In this document: positions 57,088 through 64,000 of the stretch, piece by piece | Position numbering within the stretch: position 1 is the stretch's first letter | How the letters are laid out: every line of letters begins with the position of its first letter | NCBI GenBank assembly: GCA_903835555.1 | Contig: CAILNN010000007.1 | Location: 16,342 to 80,341 of the forward strand | From: an uncultured Verrucomicrobiota bacterium | GTDB taxonomy: Bacteria > Verrucomicrobiota > Verrucomicrobiia > Limisphaerales > UBA9464 | DNA length: 64,000 nt | Direction: 5' to 3' | The notes under the pieces: model-generated | What the model saw: only the letters and a program-made list of their open reading frames with translations | What the model was told of the DNA's origin: nothing | Database searches by the model: none | Position numbers and translations under genes: made by a program

Positions 57088-57257
57088 CTAAGAAACCGGA
57101 AGAACCCGAAAATATCTGCGGCCCTTCGGGTTGCGCCTAAAATGCCCCAAGGCTTCGTTGTTCGTCGGTCACAGACGCCATATTCGACCGCCTCGGGCCT
57201 CCCCCCGGGCATTTTAGACGCAACAAACTGCAAGCTATTTCGGAAACACGGCCTTAG
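57088..57257. repeat. MITE-like long palindromic element bounded by CTAAG...CTTAG
   Basis: 18 bp inverted repeat GTTGCGCCTAAAATGCCC (57130-57147) / GGGCATTTTAGACGCAAC (57207-57224) with one mismatch, plus partial outer pairing. Confidence 0.6.
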
Positions 57258-57423
57258 AAGCGTTCGCTACGGAGTCGGGCTGCGGCCTTCACCCAGCAAA
57301 AGCGGGACTCCCTGTTTGTTGACGCTTCGGGATGGCTACCTACGCTTTCGGCTAATTCTACAAAGTTGAGTGCTTACTGCGCACTTCCATTTCCAAAACG
57401 ATTTCCCATACTATCACCATCTT

Positions 57424-57894
57424 ATGAAGTGCTTGCGTCTTTCGGTTGGTCGCCTATTTGTCGCCGGACTGTTGAGCCTCGGCTTGACGCGCCTGGTGGC
57501 TCAGAATCCCGCTGCGGCGCATACAGCCACTAATGCCCCACAGAAAACCACCACCCCAGGTGCACCCGGTGTCAATTCCGCTGGTGGGATGCCCCGCCCG
57601 GTCAATGCAGCGCGGCTCAAGTTTTTGACTGAGAAACTGGGGCTGGATACTGCGCAGCAGGGCAAAATCCGGGATATTTTGGAACACGATGCCCGGAAAA
57701 TGAGCGAGCTCACATCGCCTGCCCAACGGACTGGAGAGTCAGTCCGCGAATTGAACCGTGCCAGGAATGCCGCCATCGAAGCCGTCCTTACCCCAGAGCA
57801 GCGGGAAAAGTATAAGGCTCTGGTGACCCCGACGCCGGGAAGCCGCACGGAAAAGGCTGGTGTCCGTCCAGCAAACACCCCCGTGTCGCAGTGA
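57424..57894 (+). CDS. small periplasmic protein, Spy/CpxP-like
   Basis: Signal peptide, LGLDTAQQGKIRDIL and VLTPEQREKY (LTxxQ motifs). Confidence 0.7.
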   Translation: MKCLRLSVGRLFVAGLLSLGLTRLVAQNPAAAHTATNAPQKTTTPGAPGVNSAGGMPRPVNAARLKFLTEKLGLDTAQQGKIRDILEHDARKMSELTSPAQRTGESVRELNRARNAAIEAVLTPEQREKYKALVTPTPGSRTEKAGVRPANTPVSQ

Positions 57895-58270
57895 ACATAC
57901 CGAAAAAGTCGGCTGCGGTTGACGGACTCAAGTTGGAACATGGGCGGGTGCGAATCTCCTTTTAGGCGAAAAATGGCGAAGCTTGAACAGACATCCCAGA
58001 AGACACCCGATGCTGTAACGATAAGTGCAGTCCATATCCAGGATAATGCAATCGTTGATCCGACGATGCGCTCCCGGAGCGCTGCGATACTTTCGGCTCG
58101 ACTCATAGGCACCGGCGTAATGACGAACTGTGGTTCGTAAGCCACGCAGTAAGTCAAGCGCTGAAGTCATCCGCAAATCCGCGCGTAAGGCGGTAGGAAA
58201 GTTTTCACGGTCCTTCCGCGCTGATTTGAGAGGCTAGCGGACCTTCGAGGCTTTGATAACGCGCGGCAGC

Positions 58271-58396
58271 GTCTTGGACTGCGGTTGTCCGCTACCGCTT
58301 TTGGCCTCGCGACCCGAAGAGCCCGTCCGTGAGTTCGGTCCGCTGTCCAATTCACGCCCGGCTCCAAAGCGCCAGAGGACTGTCGCAGTCCAAGAC
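58271..58396. repeat. REP doublet (inverted pair)
   Basis: GTCTTGGACTGCG at 58271-58283 is the exact reverse complement of CGCAGTCCAAGAC at 58384-58396; imperfect match extends to about 34 bp. Confidence 0.7.
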
Positions 58397-58450
58397 CTAG
58401 CGGACATCTCCTTGCCCAATAACTCCGGGAGCGCCTAGCCGACGAGCCGA

Positions 58451-59488
58451 CTACCGATAGGCGGCCGGCGGCTTGGGCACAACACCGATATCGGCGTAAT
58501 CGAATCCGCTCTCCAGCGGTTTGAAGGGGCCAACATATTCCACGCTGCTGGTCGGTGAGATGGCTGATTCCATGCCGAGGCCCCAGTAGGCAGCGTTGAC
58601 GATCAATCGACGCAACCCGGCACTCTTAAAATCTTCGCCACTGCCCATGGTCGAGTGGAACACGCGTGCCGACTTGCCGTCGCTGGTTTGCCAGAACTTG
58701 AACCAGGCGACGGGCAGCGGTTCGAGTTCCCGGTTGGGTGGATCATCGTGCTGTCGTCCGAGGAGCGGCTGCCCCCAGACCAAAGCAGTGCAGCCTGCAG
58801 GCAGACTGCCGCCCTCCTTATAGGTCCGGTATACGTCGGAGGTGCCCCAAATATCTTTGACTCCAGTTAGTATGGGATGGTTTTTCTGAGCTTCGACTAG
58901 AATGCCCCGGGTAGAGTCGGCGTGCCAGTTGCCGTGGTGATTCAGAAAGGTTCCGCCCAAGATATCGACGCCCCAGTCGATCCGTTTGCCATTCATCTGG
59001 TAGGGAAGCGCATGCAGGAAGCCGTGATTGGCCGTTCGGAGGGCGATGATCGGTTTACCGGAATCGATGTATCGTACAATCTGCTCCTGTTCATCGTTGG
59101 GAAGGGTGAGCAATCGGGTGAAAAAGATCACGAGATCGGCGGAGGCCAGGTTTTCGAGACCGGGAATATGGTGTGACTTGAACTCTTTTCCTTTTTCCGG
59201 ATAAACGGGCATCGTGGGGTCGACTTCCCCCTTTTCATTGACCGCAAAGAGGACGGTGCAGTCAAAGCCATGATGCTGGCTTAATATCCGCGCCATCATG
59301 GGCATGGATTGCTCGCTGCGGTATTCCTGATCGGCAGCGATCAGCACGATATGTTTTCCTTTGCCTGGACCGTCGCCGCCGGAATAGGTCAACCATTTGG
59401 GGCTTTCGGGTACAGGATGAGCGATCGCTTGAAAATTAAGCACAGCCAAAAGCAACCAGATGATCGAGAGACGGAATGGAAAGGACAT
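58451..59488 (-). CDS. exported ThuA-like domain protein
   Basis: GKHIVLIAADQEYRSEQSMP, IPGLENL, LRTANHGF, HPILTGV, RVFHSTMG. Confidence 0.8.
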   Translation of the reverse strand: MSFPFRLSIIWLLLAVLNFQAIAHPVPESPKWLTYSGGDGPGKGKHIVLIAADQEYRSEQSMPMMARILSQHHGFDCTVLFAVNEKGEVDPTMPVYPEKGKEFKSHHIPGLENLASADLVIFFTRLLTLPNDEQEQIVRYIDSGKPIIALRTANHGFLHALPYQMNGKRIDWGVDILGGTFLNHHGNWHADSTRGILVEAQKNHPILTGVKDIWGTSDVYRTYKEGGSLPAGCTALVWGQPLLGRQHDDPPNRELEPLPVAWFKFWQTSDGKSARVFHSTMGSGEDFKSAGLRRLIVNAAYWGLGMESAISPTSSVEYVGPFKPLESGFDYADIGVVPKPPAAYR

Positions 59489-59507
59489 ATACGGGAGAAA
59501 CAATGGG

Positions 59508-60998
59508 TCAGTTTTTGGGAATTTCGTTCACCGTGTAGTAGGCCTTTCGATGAAGCAGCGGTTCGCCGTCCTGCGAGGTCATTCTGGCGAGGTCAAAGTC
59601 GTGAATGTGGTCCTCGACGATGGCGTTCAATTGAAGCACCACGGAAAGACCATCTGCCGAAGGAGTGGCCGCCATCACCTCGGCGGTGGTTTGGTCGACC
59701 TCGGGACTGCCGTAGTCTCCCTGATAGATATGGGTGTAGGTAGTGATGTTATAAATATCCGTGTGGGCAGCCAACTCGCGATCGACTGGCTTGGTGAAGG
59801 TGATTTTGAAGCCGTCCTTCAGAATATGGATCTCGCGCATTTCGAAGGGAACGCGGCCATTCCAATCGATACGTTGGATGGCAAATGGTTCGGTACCTCT
59901 GACGGGCCATTGGCTCGTGGTGGTAAATCCGCCTACGATCAATTGCCCCTTGGGAGTAAATTCCACAGTCATCAGGCCGGTGGCCAAGCCCTCCCGGAAT
60001 GGGTAGCAGGCCCCCTGCCACACGCCATTGACCTCTTCCATGGTGGCGCGCATGACCAGACTTAGGGTGTAGTCCCCGAGAAAAATCTGGTCGTCGAATG
60101 GCCCAAATTTTCCGCCGGTGCGATTAAGTCGGAATCCGGAGATGGAACGCCCCATCTTAATGTAGGGAAAGCAAACTGCGGGTGGCACCAACTCCTTGAC
60201 TCGCCTCTTTTCAACCGCCATGCGGGAATTGCTGTTGGGCTCCACGGCGGGGGCTTTCATTCCCGGAACAAATGGATACCAGTTATAACTGGCCGGATGT
60301 CCGAGAAAGGCACCCTGCTTGAGATGCTTGAGCGAGCAGCAGCCATTCCACGGGCCCTGGCTCTCGATCGCAAACATCACTCCGGCGGCATTGGTTCCTA
60401 CTCCGCCCGGACTTCGCAGTCCACTGCACACCGGAATCATCCGCCCGTCGGGGGTAACTTTCACCGCCCAGCCGCGAAAGAGATTGTGCGATTCATAGGA
60501 GCCACTGAGTCCCAGCGCCACCCAGACATTGCCTTCGGGATCATGCTTGGAGCCAAAGGCAAACTCGTGTCCCTCGGCGTAGCCCCAATTGTTGCTGAGC
60601 GTCTCATATCGGTCGGCGACGCCATCCCCATCGGTGTCGGTGACGCGGATGACTTCGCTAAAGGTGGTGGCGGTCATGGACCCGTCTTTCCAGGAAAGAC
60701 CGAAGACCTCGTCCTGACCGGTGGCAAAGAGGTGATATTCCGGAGCGGGTGGGATCTCGAAGGCTCCCTTTATGAAATAAATATCTCCACGCCTTGTGCC
60801 AACGGCCAGTCGCCCATCCGGTAGGATTTCAAAACTTCCCGGGCGCATCGGCACCTCCTGCGGGATCGGGATATTAACGATTGGATAGTACTTGGCCTCT
60901 TCCTGGGCTGTTCCCCACATGGCACCGAGTTCTTCGGCGGCCAATGTGGGTGCCACAACCAGAGCCAAAACACCAAAAATCGATCGAAGGGTTACCAT
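59508..60998 (-). CDS. exported beta-propeller protein (PVC sugar-dehydrogenase-like)
   Basis: Signal peptide, DGRLAVGTRRG, DTDGDGVADRYE, HEFAFG, SGLRSPGG, FGPFDDQIFLGD. Start moved to ATG 60998. Confidence 0.75.
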   Translation of the reverse strand: MVTLRSIFGVLALVVAPTLAAEELGAMWGTAQEEAKYYPIVNIPIPQEVPMRPGSFEILPDGRLAVGTRRGDIYFIKGAFEIPPAPEYHLFATGQDEVFGLSWKDGSMTATTFSEVIRVTDTDGDGVADRYETLSNNWGYAEGHEFAFGSKHDPEGNVWVALGLSGSYESHNLFRGWAVKVTPDGRMIPVCSGLRSPGGVGTNAAGVMFAIESQGPWNGCCSLKHLKQGAFLGHPASYNWYPFVPGMKAPAVEPNSNSRMAVEKRRVKELVPPAVCFPYIKMGRSISGFRLNRTGGKFGPFDDQIFLGDYTLSLVMRATMEEVNGVWQGACYPFREGLATGLMTVEFTPKGQLIVGGFTTTSQWPVRGTEPFAIQRIDWNGRVPFEMREIHILKDGFKITFTKPVDRELAAHTDIYNITTYTHIYQGDYGSPEVDQTTAEVMAATPSADGLSVVLQLNAIVEDHIHDFDLARMTSQDGEPLLHRKAYYTVNEIPKN

Positions 60999-63697
60999 TG
61001 GTATTCGAGGGAAAGAGTGGTCGCGCCCTTGGGTAGGGTTATCGGAATCAGGACTTCTGCGGGATTGCCCTCTCGAACGATTCCCGGATGGTCGCTGATG
61101 ATTCGCAATTGGAGTTGGTCTACGGAGAACTCGCGCCCGGATTTTTTCATGACGCTTTTGCCGGTCGCCGCCCGAAAATAAAAGGGAAGCTGGGTATCCG
61201 GGGCATCGAGCCGGATGGTTCGCTGAAACCACGCACTCCCGTTCCCTTGCGAGATGTCGTCAAAATATTCCTCCACCACGATGTCGCCATAACGGTACAT
61301 CAGTGTCGGCTTTCGATGGGCATCCAAATAATAGCCGCGAAATTGATAACCATGGTCCTTAGGAAAGGTATAGCTGGTCTTGCCTTTGTAAGGCCAATTT
61401 TCGTCGAGGGACTTCAACCGATGGAATGGGATGCCCGATGGAAACACAATCCGTTCCTGTCCCCGGGGGTGGAAGGTACCCAAATCCACATCGACAAACT
61501 CCCCCTTCCACAGCATCCGGAGCGACATCTGTTCAGAATCAAAGGCGAGATTGATTCCGGAGGGATATCCGACGGCGAAGCCTCGATAACCGACTGGGCT
61601 CTGCCCACGGCAGATTTCCGTGACATCGGTCACCCGCAGTTCGCGCGCCTGACGGGAAAGACCAATCGGGTTCTTTGCGTGTGTACCGTCCTCTAGATAG
61701 GCCCACAACGCCTCGATTTGCCGTGCGGAATCGCCGCCGAGGATGTTGGGGCGAACCGACTGCCCACCGGGCCAGTAGGTCGGCATGATTCCAGTGGGAT
61801 AGAACCGGGCCGGTTCTCTGAGGTAGAGATGGAACCAGTTTTTCTGGAGACGTTCGGTCGCATGCACGATATCGAGCGCACCCGCGCCCGTCGATTTTTG
61901 CCCATTGAAATCATGACAAGCGATACAGCTCAGTCCGTTCACTCCAATCATCTCGTGGCCCGCGCTTTTCAATTCCCGCAGGTCCGTGACGACTCGGACC
62001 GGTGCCGTTTCCAACGAATCGAGCTTGTTGAACAAAGAAACCAAATGGCCCACATTGGATTCGCCAAACTGGGGCATCGAGGTATTCAGATACTCGCGTT
62101 GACGGCCTCCATGCAACAAAACATCCGCCATCCAAGTCGCCGTCAACTTGGCCCCCACATCGGTCAGCGGTGGCGGCAGACGTCCTTGATCGCCGAGGGC
62201 TTCGTGAGTTCCGGTAAAGTAGACGCTACGCTCGGGTGCAATCCCACCCAAACCTTTCCGTTGATGGCAGGCGATGCAATTGAACGTAATCAGGGTTTTG
62301 TTGAGGGTCTGAAGGTCATCCAATGGCTGCTGCTCGGCGGTAGGCAGGGCAAGGGCAATCCACGAGCGCTGTTGTTGGCTTAAGTCAAACCGTGGCCAGG
62401 GACCCACCGAATCACTGAGACATCCTCGGGAGGGATTGAGCTTGGCAAACGTCGTTGCTGGCGGAGCGGCGACGGAGAGATCATCGTGGCAGCGGGCGCA
62501 GCCGAATTTTGCAAACTGTTCGCGCCCGAGGGCGGCAAGAGCAGGATTCACCTCAAGCGGTTTGAAGGTGGGAATTGGTTCATTCGACACCGACAGCATT
62601 GACGACGGTATCGGGTGACGTGGAAATCCAGGTCCCTCCATGTCAAAGACAAATCGGGGATCGTAGCCGGTGTGAAAATAGGTCAGTTCGATCTTTCGCC
62701 AACCAACCGATAAATCGATACTGGTTTCAAACGTTTTCACTTCACGTCGATCGCTCGGGTCTTCCTCGACCAACCGCTTACCATCCAACGTGAGCAAGCC
62801 TCCGTTCATTTCCAGATAAAAGGTGTAATGGCCGGTATTGCTGATATTAATCCAACCTTCATACTGGATGGCGGTGTGATGTTCGACCCTGCCCAAACTT
62901 GCCAGATTGAAGTCAGCCACCATTCCAGCTCGCTCGGGCCGGACTTCATCGCTTCGGAGTCCTTCCCAGACCTGTCCGCGAAAAAGGGTGTAAGCCAATG
63001 GGCCTGGAACGCGCGTGTCGCGGATCAAATAATGCGCGATGCGCTCGATGTCCTGTCGCGATAACCGCATGTCCGGCATCCGCCCGGATGGCCGACTGGC
63101 ATGGGGATTTTGCAAAAACTCGACCAGGCTTTTGAAGCTATACTTTTTGTCGAGCGCACCGAGAGGAACCGAACTGGAGTTCAGGAGCTCAGCCCCCTGC
63201 CCGCTCCTAGGAGAGTGACAGGCAACGCATCCGCGCGAATGAAAGAGCCGTTCGCCGTGTTTGGCGGCCACGGCGTCGGGTGCTTGGAATCCAAAATCGT
63301 TGGTCTTGAGTGACAGCAAGAAATGGGTGAGCGATTGAGCCACTTCCCGTTTTTGGTTCTCCGGAAGATGCGAAAAGACATCGGGCATGGTGGCCCCTGG
63401 CTTGACCGCGTGCGGATTCTGGAGGAAGGCCTGGAGGTAGTCCGGATTTACGCGGGAGCCGATATCGCTGAGGCGTGGTGCCTTTTTTGACCGAGTGGAA
63501 AAGGGGGCATCACTGGTATGGCAGGCGGCGCAATGGAGTTCCTCGATCAAAACAAGGCCTTTGAGACCAGGGTCCAATTGACTGGCGGCCAGGGCGGGCA
63601 AGGCAACATCGGCAGATGCCGATGCTAGAAGGCAAGCCAATAGAAAAATACCGAATAGGACCCAACGGCAGAAAGGCGTCGAAATAGAATGGGACAT
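60992..63697 (-). CDS. exported pentaheme c-type cytochrome with a PA14-like domain
   Basis: CAACH, CVACH, CARCH, CIACH, CIACH, with MP ligand motifs. Central PA14-like stretch (YEGWINISNTGHYTFYL...IELTYF). Confidence 0.85.
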   Translation of the reverse strand: MSHSISTPFCRWVLFGIFLLACLLASASADVALPALAASQLDPGLKGLVLIEELHCAACHTSDAPFSTRSKKAPRLSDIGSRVNPDYLQAFLQNPHAVKPGATMPDVFSHLPENQKREVAQSLTHFLLSLKTNDFGFQAPDAVAAKHGERLFHSRGCVACHSPRSGQGAELLNSSSVPLGALDKKYSFKSLVEFLQNPHASRPSGRMPDMRLSRQDIERIAHYLIRDTRVPGPLAYTLFRGQVWEGLRSDEVRPERAGMVADFNLASLGRVEHHTAIQYEGWINISNTGHYTFYLEMNGGLLTLDGKRLVEEDPSDRREVKTFETSIDLSVGWRKIELTYFHTGYDPRFVFDMEGPGFPRHPIPSSMLSVSNEPIPTFKPLEVNPALAALGREQFAKFGCARCHDDLSVAAPPATTFAKLNPSRGCLSDSVGPWPRFDLSQQQRSWIALALPTAEQQPLDDLQTLNKTLITFNCIACHQRKGLGGIAPERSVYFTGTHEALGDQGRLPPPLTDVGAKLTATWMADVLLHGGRQREYLNTSMPQFGESNVGHLVSLFNKLDSLETAPVRVVTDLRELKSAGHEMIGVNGLSCIACHDFNGQKSTGAGALDIVHATERLQKNWFHLYLREPARFYPTGIMPTYWPGGQSVRPNILGGDSARQIEALWAYLEDGTHAKNPIGLSRQARELRVTDVTEICRGQSPVGYRGFAVGYPSGINLAFDSEQMSLRMLWKGEFVDVDLGTFHPRGQERIVFPSGIPFHRLKSLDENWPYKGKTSYTFPKDHGYQFRGYYLDAHRKPTLMYRYGDIVVEEYFDDISQGNGSAWFQRTIRLDAPDTQLPFYFRAATGKSVMKKSGREFSVDQLQLRIISDHPGIVREGNPAEVLIPITLPKGATTLSLEYQW

Positions 63698-64000
63698 TGG
63701 GGTGGAGTGCAGAAAACCGCAACCCGATCAGTGCGTTGAACCGGGTGGTTGGTCAAGACTGGGATTTTTGTCTGCCGCAGGATACAGGGACTCAGGCACC
63801 CCGTTCGAGGTACACTTTCTTGGTGTTACCGCCATTCGGTTCGCGTGATCAAAACGAGGGGAGCCTCCAGCCCTCAATATAAATACGGCGTTCAACCTCG
63901 GCAAAGTAGGATTGGGAAACGAGCTGCCCTTGACATTCAAGCGAATGGCTCTCCAGCTTTACCGAATAAATGAAACGGTTTTCATCTGTCCTGCCATTAC

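Noticed and set aside
63698..64000. Short ORFs and a possible RNA element upstream of the pentaheme gene
   Set aside because: No supportable motif, and the region is cut by the window edge.
1..64000. CRISPR arrays, tRNA, rRNA, integrase or prophage genes
   Set aside because: No regularly spaced repeats, cloverleaf/rRNA signatures or phage genes were seen by eye.

Overview
A 64 kb bacterial chromosomal segment. The gene content (PVC-type heme/PA14/ThuA/DUF1080 proteins, the style of the alternative complex III operon, REP-like palindromes) suggests Verrucomicrobiota, Pedosphaera/Limisphaera-like; this is an inference. Housekeeping genes are cysS, kdsB, pyrG, ispF, an RsmB-type methyltransferase, TatD, SufE, a GntP permease and an ABC exporter. 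A full alternative complex III operon (actABCDEF) sits behind a Rex/CRP-like palindrome and is followed by a CcoN-like subunit lacking all six His metal ligands, a CcoO-like protein and a cytochrome c. The most striking element is a tightly packed 16 kb operon (25255-41252) located after cysS and an AlbA/Schlafen pseudogene. It encodes an Old Yellow Enzyme-type reductase, three membrane-associated RoxA/MauG-like di-heme c cytochromes, an atypical GMC oxidoreductase, a multi-TM patatin/cPLA2-like lipase and an S8 lipoprotein protease. I read it as a candidate uncharacterised lipid-oxidation (oxylipin-like) or hydrophobic-substrate cleavage system. Also present are a RAYT transposase remnant, REP/MITE-like palindromes and a pentaheme-PA14/beta-propeller/ThuA operon. 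No rRNA, tRNA or CRISPR array was seen. All family calls come from motif recognition by eye; no database searches were run.
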